Source: Octopus bimaculoides (taxonomy: Eukaryota). Taken from it: 32,637 nt of DNA. Within the stretch, counting starts at the first letter, position 1; every line of letters begins with the position of its first letter. The stretch is taken from contig NC_068991.1 in NCBI RefSeq assembly GCF_001194135.2, forward strand, positions 32,242,215 to 32,274,851, given 5' to 3'. Below are positions 22,991 to 32,637 of this stretch, one piece after another. The translations under genes and the position numbers were made by a program. The notes beneath the pieces are model-generated. The model did no database searches. It saw only the letters and a list, made by a program, of their open reading frames with translations, and had not been told where the DNA came from.

Positions 22991-24699
22991 CCACTTTCAC
23001 TGGTTATGTTTTTACTATTACGTAACACTTTCTTCCTTTATTTTTTTTATTTACTCTAAAATATACGGTGCACTTCAACTACTACACTATTTCTTTTTCA
23101 ATTTTTCCACCGGGTGCGGATCTATATATTAACCAAATATATTTTATATAAAAATTGGATGAATGTGTAAAAGCCTATTGCGATAATATACTTTAAATTT
23201 AATTCGTCTTCGTAATTTTTACTCTTTTATTTCAGTTGCCCTTTCATAATTTTTACTCTTTTTTTCAATTTCATCAAAAATATTTTTTTAAAGTTATAAA
23301 TAAAGTTTTTTTTCATGTACGTTTAGATGAAATATGTATGATGGCAGATAATTACTAAAAAGTGCGAATTTATCGATCGTTTGGAAGGCTATGATAGATG
23401 ATTAGTATATATTATTTCTTGTTACTACTACTATATTTAGGTGACCGTCTTTCTGTCACACCTGACTGATATCTAGTTACTAACTACGGACGTTTTAACC
23501 ATTCCATCTTTCTGATCGAAGCTGAAGTATTGGTGGTGTCTGGGTTAAACTATTGTGCAAGCCTTATTCACCTTGATCGACCAGATTTATAGAGTTAGCT
23601 ATATATAGGATGAAACTGCAATGGAAGAGAAGCAAGAACATAAACGCAGATTGCGCTATGTAAGAAATAAATATTTTCTTCGTTATTTTTTTTTTATTTA
23701 GAATTTTGTAAGTAAATTGATGTCCAGTCCACACACTGATGCACAACTCTAAGGTTTTATATAAAGTTCCTTTATACTAATTCTATCCATAAAGGTTAAT
23801 GTGTGCCCCTCTCCTCACAGGTCAGTCCTGTTCCAGTTTTCGTATGATCAAAGGGGATCTAACTGTGATCATCCAGTCATTTTGTATATGCAGAACTATC
23901 TTATCCAATTTGTTCATTTTTAAAACTGTAGAGTATGACAGAAGGGAGATTTGCTTGTACAACCATGCAAAAGCTCAATTGATCATTCTCTGTGCTAAAA
24001 TAGTAGTAGTAATAGCAGTAGTAGCAGTAGCAGTAGTAGTAGTGGTATAGTCTGTTTCAACTATCAATCTGCTACTGACATCGATATATTTTTATTGTGA
24101 ATGACAAATATTTGGTGAGTGTACATAATCAAAATACTTTACTGTACGGAGTTTCCTCCCTTTAAGTTCTGAGTTCAAATCCCACCATGGTTGACTTTGC
24201 TGTTATCCTTCACGAGTCGATAAAAAATACAAGTTAGGTCATCAGTTTGGTTTAATCCGCTATTTGATCTCCCCTGCATTTCCTGATCATGTGTTCATTT
24301 AACCAAAAGAAGCATGATCTAAATTGGTGAGGTTATTTAGCTTTATGTCAGCCTGATCCAAATGTTCCAATAACAATCATTCTTTCTTGTTTGGTCCTCT
24401 TCCTTCGTAGGTTCTTTCAGCTAGGGTCACTTGGCACCCCTTTATCCAATTCATCACATGTTTCAATCAGTTCAGTTTTGCACACTACAAAAGTGTTAAT
24501 TGATAGGAAAGAATCCAGGACTCTACTGCTTTCTGGACACTATGCAGAAAATAAATAGCTAGGAATTCCATATAATGGACCCAATGTGAAGTATGCAGGT
24601 ACAAGAGATGGAATGGAAGCAGAAGTAGGATGATAGTGGAAAACTTCAAATGTAGTAGATAGACAGAAGTAGTCAGCGATAACAACACTCTTGAAATAA

Positions 24700-25150
24700 A
24701 ATCTTTTTAAACCTTAGAGGGTGTCCTAAAAGTAGTTGATAGTTTAAATTACAAAGCTTGACAGTAGAAAAGGTCTAGGGGAAATTTATCTCCACTGTAA
24801 ACAACAGATAGTATGATGCATGGTGACTGAAACATGGGGATGATGTTAGAAGAAGGAAAGAAATGAGAACTGCATGTGTTATGTAGGTTTGAATGACTGA
24901 TCACAAATGAACTAAGAGAAAACTGAATATAAAAGAAATTAGATGTTGTATGCAAGGAAGAAGAATGAGTAAATAGGGGACAAGATCCAGATGGAAATAA
25001 CTTGTGAAAAAAGACCCAGAAAGACGTGAGAAGTTATGAAAGTTCAGTTTAGGACAGTGGGTCTCACAAAGGAGATAAGAAGGGACCACAACAGGTAGTA
25101 AGACTCTCTGCTAGAGATTTGTCATACCCATGCAAGCATGGAAAAACAGG
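24700..25150 (+). mobile_element. Highly degenerate RTE LINE 3' portion
   Basis: Remnants atgatgcatgg..gaaacatggg, aactaagagaaaa.ctg, agatgttgtatgcaag and the terminal cccatgcaagcatggaaaa match the RTE copies at 27840-28090 and 12679-13494. Confidence 0.6.
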
Positions 25151-25370
25151 CTTAAATAATTATGATATATAAAACTCACAGGCATACACATGCATGCACA
25201 TATATAAAACACACACATATACACACATGCATCACATCACATTTATACATGGCATCCTGGGTAAATATCTTTTACCATAGCTTTTGGTCAACCCATGTCT
25301 TGTGAAGGAGACTGAATAAATAGAAATTGTATGAAAACATTGCACCTAGGTAAAGAGATTGGACATGTAG

Positions 25371-25519
25371 ACGTAGCTGTGTGGTAAGAAGCCTGTTTCC
25401 CGACCATTCAGGGTTCAGCCCCACTGCGTAACACCTTGGGCAAGTGTCTTCTACTTTAGCCCTGGGCTGACCAAAGACTTGTGATGGGATTTAGTAGATG
25501 GAAACTGAAAGAAGCCCAT

Positions 25520-25521
<2 letters not shown>
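25371..25521 (+). mobile_element. tRNA-derived SINE with (TA)n tail
   Basis: A-box-like tagctgtgtggtaag, B-box-like ggttcagccc, and a body shared with 916-1054 and 17945-18045. Confidence 0.8.
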
Positions 25522-25553
<32 letters not shown>

Positions 25554-25558
<5 letters not shown>

Positions 25559-26127
25559 AGAAAATGTAGAGTTGAGGATGTATTGTTAATTTATTTGTAT
25601 CATAGTTTGAAGTTAAAATTTAAATACAAATAAATTTTAAAACTACAAAAGAAACTCAATAAACCCACGTACATTTTGATTCTGACCCCTTAGGAGTTCA
25701 TAATTTGAAGCATTTAGGTCAAATTCAATGTTAAGAATTGGTTATCATTTTAAACTGTATGGGAAAGAATATTTTCAGGGTTTTTTTGTTTTTATAAAAC
25801 AAACAATACATCTTCCTTGAAGGGATTCAAATCAAAAACTAAGGAAGTTTAATTGAATCCCTTCAAAAGAGATGTAACCTTCATTTTATAAAAACAAAAA
25901 ACCCTGATGAGATACTGCCCAATACAGTTTAAAATAATAACCAATTCTTAACATTGGATTTGACCAAATGCTTTGAATTATGAATTACTAAGGGGCCAGA
26001 ATCGAAACATATGCAGGTTTTCTGAGTTTCTTTTGTACTCTTAAAATTTATTTGTATTTAAATTTGAACTTCAAACTATGATACAAATAAATTAACTATA
26101 CATCCTCAACCCTCCATTTTCTTACCT
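25554..26127. mobile_element. Foldback MITE (~574 bp, ~280-bp imperfect inverted arms), TA-flanked, Tc1/mariner-type by TSD
   Basis: Termini ta|AGGTAAGAAAATG ... CATTTTCTTACCT|ta. The arms pair throughout, up to gaagggattcaa / ttgaatcccttc around a ~22-nt loop (25831-25852). Confidence 0.85.
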
Positions 26128-26229
26128 TATTATAATACTTATTATAGTAATCCCTAATATATTATGGAGATTTTCTTCTAATTTGATGGAGATTAATCCA
26201 GTGAAATTTTAAATTTACTAATCTCTTAT

Positions 26230-27330
26230 GAGGACATGACATCCTTGAAATGACTATATATATATATTAGATAAAGATAGTTATGGCTGTTCTATGGAGT
26301 TACACAGGGTTTCATATCCATAAAGTGCTATCTTTACAGCATCTCTAATGGCTGGTGGCCTATAACCTATCTTCAAAGTGGAGGAAGAAAAGACCTTGTA
26401 GCTAGTGGTTGAACACAGACAAATGAGAAGGGTTAAGTATAAGGGGTTGTCTCCCTTAGAGACATAATTGACCAGGTCGGCTTGTGGGTACTAGGACTTC
26501 AGTAGGAATCTCCTGAAGAGTAAGCAGGGTCCAAAGACTTCCATCTTGAAATTTAAGATGTTCTTTGGGATGAGGAAGTTCTTTAATATTCTCGCCCATT
26601 CAGCAATACACAGCTTGCAACGCTTGCTCCTGTTGATGTAGAGGCCCCAGTTTTTCTAGGATTTTCTATGTGATTAGGTGTGGAATCCCTTCAACCTTCA
26701 GGCACCACATGATGCCAAGGACATGGCGTATCATATCTCCAGAATCCTAAACAAGGATCAGTGATTGGAGAGGTGCTGCTTGAAGGTTTTTCCAGAACAT
26801 CTGCTGTATCTTCATATACTGCTGTTGGTGATGCTGCTTCTATTGATGTTGACATTACTACTTCCGCTGGTGTTGGTGTTGTTAATGCTGGTGTAGGGGA
26901 CATCATTGAAAGCAGTGTTGGTGTTAACACTGTTGGTGCTATGATGGCCATTGTCATTGCTGTTGGAGCTGTTATTGGCATTATATTGGTGGTGGCGGTT
27001 GTTGTCATTATTAGCATTATCATTAGCGATGGTACTGCTGCTATTTTTGTTAAAGTTGCTGTTGTTGGCATTTATACTGACATTCCTGCTACTGTAGTAG
27101 CAGTTGGGAAAGCTGCTGCTGCTATTAGATACCACCTCAGCCTCGTAAATGGGCACCCTGGTTTCACATTGGCCTCCTACTGGGCATCTGCTGTTGCCTC
27201 TGCATGAGCATCCCACTTCCGCTTGTGGTCTAGGGGTGTTAAGTAAAATACTGTTAATATTGGGGGAACAAGTAAAAGAGATTTTTAGGTTGTGTCTGTT
27301 GAATATGTAACCATATGTGGTGTCCACTCT
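26230..27330 (-). pseudogene. Decayed retroelement ORF1-like sequence with an N-terminal Thr/Ala/Pro low-complexity tract
   Basis: A minus frame with scattered stops gives protein-like text (DMIRHVLGIMWCLKVEGIP...QEIPTEVLVP...GRQPL), next to LINE fragments on the same strand. Family not identifiable. Confidence 0.3.
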
Positions 27331-27406
27331 GTCAATTTGCTATTCCATCTATTGTCTTTTCTTCTAAATACATATCCCGCTAAAGAGCATTTTAGGATTT
27401 TATTTT

Positions 27407-27770
27407 CTAGATAATATCTGATAAACCTGTTGCCACCCTTATCCTATTGTTTCTCCACTTATTCATTTTGTTAAACTTCAGCATTCTCTCTTCCATGGCT
27501 CTTTGTGTTGATCTTAATTTATTTTCAATGCTCTTGTTGGTAGCCCATGTTTCTGGTGCATATATAATGATAGGCAGCATACAGTGGTTGAATATCTTTC
27601 TCTTTAGAAACATTTGGCATTCTTTTAACAAAAGTATTGCACCTCTTAATAAACACCATAAAATAAGCATTCATAAAATATACCTCTCGGTATATTTTAT
27701 GGATGGGGGCATCTTTCACTCACTCAATCATTACTTCCAACACCAAATTAGATACCTACAGAAGAGTATA
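27407..27770 (-). mobile_element. RTE-clade LINE RT C-terminal fragment (family 2)
   Basis: LKRKIFNHCMLPIIIYAPETW...QRAMEERML...NKWRNNRIRVATGLSDII matches the RTE motif LKxKVFxxCxLPxxxYGxETW...QRAMER. Confidence 0.85.
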
Positions 27771-27839
27771 AATGATGCATGTACTTTTGTAGTATTGAAA
27801 GAAAAATATTTTAAATAGTCAATCACTAATATTTTCATT

Positions 27840-28090
27840 CATCACATCTGATGCCTCTTATACACAACTTTTCTTTCAAGCTGCTTACTCTCTGTTGTGC
27901 ATGCACACTGACAATGCACATCCAACGAAGCATACTATCTTCATTTCTTTCAAGCCTACACATGTCCTTGGTGGTCACAGCCCATGTTTCACTGCTGTGT
28001 AGCATGGCTGTTTGCATACAGGCATCATACAATCTGCTTTTCACTCTGAGGGAGAGGCTCTTTGTTACCAACAGAGGTAGGACTCTTTGA
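27840..28090 (-). mobile_element. RTE-clade LINE RT fragment (family 1)
   Basis: LSLRVKSRLYDACMQTAMLHSSETWAV...RLERNEDSMLRWMC; the YxACV..MLxGSETW motif is typical of RTE. Confidence 0.88.
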
Positions 28091-28289
28091 ACTTCGCCCA
28101 GCCTATTCTTTTTCTAGCAGCTATGCTCTCAGAACATCCACCTCCACTACAGGCTTGGTCACCTAGGTAGCAGAAACTATCAACAACTTCTAGTTTCTCC
28201 CTTCTGGCATTTGATGGAGTCTATTTTTTGTACATTTTTAAAACATAAGATTTATTTCTAATTTCTTTGAGTTATTTTTCCCTCACATA

Positions 28290-30190
28290 ATACATATCCA
28301 TCTAGCTTTACGTAGGTTGTCCATCCCATCACATGACAGCCCAGCCAAGTGCACTGCTACCCTCAGCTATATAAGGGGAGTCTTCGTGCTATTTTCTTCA
28401 GTGAGGTGTATTGACATGGTGGAGTTTGGATCTTCAGCAGAGAACAGTTATTTTGCAGACAGCCTCAGCTAATCTTTGACATGTACACTTGTTCCTGTTC
28501 TCTAGCAGAAAGTATGTCCTGTGTGTGTTTTTCATATTCTGTTCAGCATACACCATCATTATGTACCATCTGCTTGTTAAACCATTGTGTATATATTCTG
28601 ACCATTCTTTCAAGATGTATCTCTACAGCTTTGCCATCTTAACACTTTTTAATGGGTTGAATAAATCATTGCTCTTAATTCTGGTTCCTCGTTCTTCCTT
28701 TATCTATACATGCAGCCTTACTCAACCTCAACCTTCAGCCATTAAAACTGTTGACCACTGAAGTTATTTACTGTTTCCATTGATGAATTAATTTAATTTT
28801 ACTACCACTTTTCTTCAGCTCCATTTGTCAGAGATAACAAGAATAAAATCTCTGACTCAAATTCAGCAGTTTGTACCATTTTCTTTCATCACCATAACAG
28901 TTGTCTTGAGGCAATGTTTTCTCTATGGTACTTGACACCTTGTCAGGACACCTATCACTACTGCCACTTTTGGGATTTTCATTTGTCATCTTCACACAGC
29001 ACTACATCCATTCACGCCATTTCGAACTTGACAAATGCTTGTCCATGGTCATCTTGGATCTCAGCATTCTTTTCACCATCGATTCCAGCAGATTTTTTTT
29101 CTCTGCTTGCAATGATTTTTATTTCAACTTTCTTACCTGTGGGAGCTTCACATTACATTTGTGCCGCCATTCAACATCCTTTTTCACAGCAGCTACAGCA
29201 ACCAATGGATTTCAATATCCTTCTTTGTCAGTGTTTCCACCGCTGCAAGTCCAGCTTACTCATAATCATTCCTTCGTACCAGCTCATTACTTACAACATT
29301 TCATGGACTATCTACAGATCATGAACTTTTCACATTTTCACATCACTGGACTCACTTCTTTAGACCCTTCTAAAGACTTGCACCTTGAGCTGTCAGAACA
29401 TTTTTTTGCAATGGCTTACATCTGTTTTTACAAACTTCTAGCTATTTTTCATAACAATTTATGCATTGTACATGCTTATTTACACTGTCTTGCTCATGCT
29501 TTTTTCTCTTTTTTTTATTGTATTTCCTTTTTGTACATTTTTGTTCTTATGATTTGTTGTACATTTTTCCCCTTCTTGCTACAGTTTTTTTGTTGTTTTT
29601 TTTTGTTTTCATATCTTTTCCCCGTGGTCATTCTTCTTTTCAGAGGGTAGTTGTAGCAAGCATGTTCACAGTTTGGCTCTTTACCTTTAAGTACCCACAT
29701 TTTGCTCATCATGTGATGGCCATGTCCATCTAACTTTATGCAGGCTGTCTGCCCCATCCCATGACAGCCCAGCCAAGCACACTACTCTCAGCTATATAAG
29801 GGGAGTCTTCCTGTTATTTTCTTCAATGAGGTTGGTTGACATAGCAGAGTTCACATCTTCGGCAGAAAGCAGTTATTCCACAGACAGCCTCAGTTAACCT
29901 TTCATGCATACGTTTGTTTCTGTCCTCCAACAGAATATCTCTCTCCTATGTGTTTTTCCTGTTCTATCCAGCTTACATTATCATTATGTATCATCTCCTT
30001 GTTAAACCATTGTGTATATATTCTGACCATTCCTTCAAGATCTCTACAGCTTTGCCATCTTAACACTTTTTAAAGGGTTGAATAAATTATTGCACTTAAT
30101 TCTGGTTTCCTCATTCTTCCTTTATCTGTACACACAGCCTTACTCAAACCAACATTATTTATCAATCTCAACCTTCAGACATTAAAAGTG
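28290..30190 (-). mobile_element. Old LINE (RTE-like) debris with the same ~460-bp RT C-terminal segment present twice (28290-28750 and 29720-30190)
   Basis: Direct repeat visible by eye. The minus strand carries TGG GCT GTC ATG TGA TGG GAT GGA, a frameshifted WAGHVMRMD. The spacer contains KVEIKIIASREKKSAGIDG, resembling the RT-proximal KSxGxDG motif. Confidence 0.6.
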
Positions 30191-30599
30191 TAAGGAATGT
30201 GAAATGTTGGATATGACATGTTTTACTTTGAAGGATGAACTGTCATGGTGACCTTTGCAGCCCCTCCAAAACTGGTTGATGTGGTTTCTATTTGAATGTT
30301 TGGCAGGAAAATGTGGATGGGAAGGGTATTCCAGAGGGCTGATGTTAAGGGCAAAAGAATTAGGTGTTCGGGATTTAACTAGCAAGACATTTTCAGTGTG
30401 GTGAAAGGATGTATGAAGTGAGTTTTGATGGATGTGGCATGCAGTTACCTATTTCAGAAAAGTTCAAACCGTTGTAGTAGTGGTTGAATAGATAGAAAGA
30501 GGACACATTATGTCCGGACCAGATATTGTTATATGTTCATCAGTGTGTCTTTGACAATCAATTGGGTGGCTTTCTTTTGGACGTAGTCTAAGATTTTTA

Positions 30600-30790
30600 T
30601 GTGTAGCAGTAACAGCAGCAGCAGCAGCAGCAGCACCACCACCACCACCACCATCCTAGATGCTTATGTGTGGCAGCAACAACAACAGTAGTAGTAGCAC
30701 CACACCAGTTGTTTATAAGTAGCAACAGCAGTAGCATTGCAGATGTTTAAATATAGCAAAAGCAACAGCAGCAACATCCAAGAGGTTTAC
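30600..30790. repeat. Compound (CAG)n/(CAC)n/(CAA)n/(TAG)n microsatellite
   Basis: Direct inspection; no long ORF context. Confidence 0.85.
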
Positions 30791-31339
30791 ATGTTGGAGC
30801 TCCAAGAGCAACAGCAACACCATCCCAGATGTGGGTCTTGAATCCTCTGAAGGGTCAGCATTGTCTGGAGGTGAAGTAATTTTATGACTTTGAAGAGGAA
30901 ATTTCATCATTGAGCTATAATCTGCACAATGTTACATATTCTTGGGTACCAGGAGAGATCCTCAAATATTGAATATTATGACACTATTTACATTTTTATC
31001 TAATACCTAGTATGAAGGAAAATATAATTTTAAACCAACTAGATTAAAACTTTCTTTTTCAAATTTAGGAAAGAATATTTTATGCTCCAAAAACTAAAGT
31101 GATAATAACAAGAGCACTCAGAGAGCACAAACCTCCACCAAGGCAACACCAACGTCCTCTCAACGATTAGCTGGAGATGATTTTTAAAATGCAAATATCT
31201 GAAATAAACTCGACTGCTCTGACAAACGAGATTACTAAAAATGAACCCGACCGCTCTCCGGAAAAATAATCCAGAATCCTTGTCCGGTACCTGATCAATC
31301 CCAATGGCAACCATGGATGTGAAGGTGTGTATGCAGGCC

Positions 31340-31550
31340 ATGTTTGTAATGCTGTGTGTGTGTCATCTGCAGTGGGGACAGGGACAGTTTTCTTTATGAT
31401 GGCCTTTTTTAGTCTATCCATTGATATAGTGTCTTTACGACCATTAAGATCTATAGTGAAAAATTTATCCGTGTGTGAAAGAAAACGGAAAGGACCTGCA
31501 TACGGTGCTGTTAACGGAGGTTTAGCAGCATCATTGCACACAAAAACGTG
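31340..31550 (-). mobile_element. Ty3/Gypsy LTR retrotransposon integrase C-terminal (GPY/F) remnant
   Basis: KPPLTAPYAGPFRFLSHTDKFFTIDLNGRKDTISMDRLKKA matches the Gypsy GPY/F module PPLxxPYxGPF...FT...G....SxDRLKxA. Confidence 0.85.
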
Positions 31551-31954
31551 AGTCCAACAAGTAAAACTTCCTTCAAGGCAAAGCTAGAATTGCAATTGTC
31601 AAGTAGGTAAGAAGTTTTAAACAGGAGCGATATATTCAAAATTGGTAAAACTAAAAATTGTCAAGGATAAATTAAATTTATTATTGCTACTGAATATGTT
31701 AGTGTTATCCAATTTCTGAACAGCTTTGCTGCCATTTGTTTATGTAGCTTGATACATGTTTATGTGGTTTGATACATATACTAAGATAGAGACGCGAGTA
31801 AAATTAATAATAGAGAAACGAAAATAAAACTTTGGAAATAGCAATGTCGCCGTAACTTACATGGAAACTATAAGCGTGCTTTCAAGAGAGAAAATCAGAG
31901 AAAGACTTGAAAGTGAATGTAAGATTGCAATACTTCATGTAAAGTAGATATAAC

Positions 31955-32150
31955 AAATAATCCAGAATCTTTGTCTGGAACCAGATCAGTCCCAAAGTCT
32001 AATCAGTTCGTACCAGTCACGAGGCCAAACATCCCTCAAAGTTTCATCCAAACCCATCCAGTGGTTCTTGGGAGATCTTGTCCACGGACAAACAAGCAAA
32101 GAAACATGACTGAAAACAATACCTTTGCCTTTGCTAAGGCAGAGGTAAAA
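31955..32150. mobile_element. Helentron/HINE (DINE-1-like) non-autonomous element, terminal portion
   Basis: aaagtttcatcc.aa.ccatccagtggttct.g.gagatc...(acaa)n..aaaacaatacc followed by the terminal hairpin acctttgcctt-tgct-aaggcagaggt (32121-32146). The family assignment is from resemblance. Confidence 0.5.
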
Positions 32151-32637
32151 ATGGTTTTATTCTAAATCCTCCTAAATTCTTCATTTACCTGTGAGAGATT
32201 GGTAGTGATATTTATATTTAAAAAATATGGCCAAACAAGAGTTAGACATTTCTTGACGATAAATATAATTATAACTTCAGTCCTACACAATTAATGTGTG
32301 AATGTTTGGGTGTGGCTGTAAGTTTATAAGAAGAATATTTCATAAATTCGTAAATCATATAGCCCTCTTTGAGACACAAATATTTCTCTGAAAAGGATGG
32401 CATTTTATCATAAGTAACATTCTCTTAGATCTACTTAACTTATTTTCTGACAGCAAACTGAGCATCAAGACAAAAGTGGAGCTGTGCCTAGCAAAAGATC
32501 TGAAGAAGACAAACTGAAGGTTATAGAATTTGTAATCCAATATCTTATCAACTCAGCTATGTTGACTACACACACACACACACACGCACTTATTCACATA
32601 GAGATAAATATGTGAGAGTATATATATATATATATAT

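Noticed and set aside
22750-23830. Divergent plus-strand gene (donor GTAAGT at 22756, acceptors at 23440 and 23820)
   Set aside because: No open coding frame links them, and such signals are frequent by chance in AT-rich DNA. It cannot be excluded as a non-coding transcript.
25900-26020. CTGATGAG ... CGAAAC inside the foldback MITE as a hammerhead
   Set aside because: Stem II is only 3 bp around an ~85-nt loop, stem III lacks U16.1 (GAAACATATGC) and no stem I was found. The opposite arm does not preserve the motif.
28318-30182. Apparent LTR pair (TGT...CA ends, TATATAAG, AATAAA) around a 1-kb interior, suggesting a TRIM/LARD
   Set aside because: Similarity continues past the supposed ends on both sides, and there is no TSD, PBS or PPT. 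The minus strand of the repeat encodes a decayed WAGHVMRMD LINE RT motif, so these are better explained as two LINE fragments.
30600-30790. PolyQ/polyA coding repeat
   Set aside because: No enclosing ORF or splice context; ordinary compound microsatellite.

Overview
AT-rich eukaryotic (animal) genomic DNA, dense in (AT)n/(AC)n/(AGAT)n microsatellites, with five assembly gaps (7359-7368, 12317-12426, 13852-14419, 17271-17390, 20613-20712). The SINE/LINE families look like those of octopus (cephalopod) genomes; this is inferred from pattern recognition, not a database result. The only convincing host coding sequence is a ~1.47 kb minus-strand exon (22182 to the gap at 20713). It encodes an acidic, Ser/Pro/Asp-rich, probably disordered N-terminus of an unidentified protein, and a CpG-richer putative promoter/leader lies at ~22.5-23.0 kb. 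The sequence to its left is probably intron and the sequence to its right is a transposon graveyard. Mobile DNA includes a decayed CR1-group LINE, several RTE LINE fragments, a Gypsy integrase remnant, a hAT-type element with perfect TIRs and an 8-bp TSD, a 580-bp foldback MITE, a Helentron/HINE-like element and many SINEs. The most interesting signal is four short (TA)n-embedded elements carrying minimal type I hammerhead-ribozyme-like motifs with non-canonical cores, a covarying stem II and (in two copies) a palindromic ACGU stem III. All four lie on the same strand as the host gene. A fifth element has the hammerhead core motifs in permuted order around an H-type pseudoknot. Most short ORFs in the supplied track are microsatellite or N-gap artefacts.
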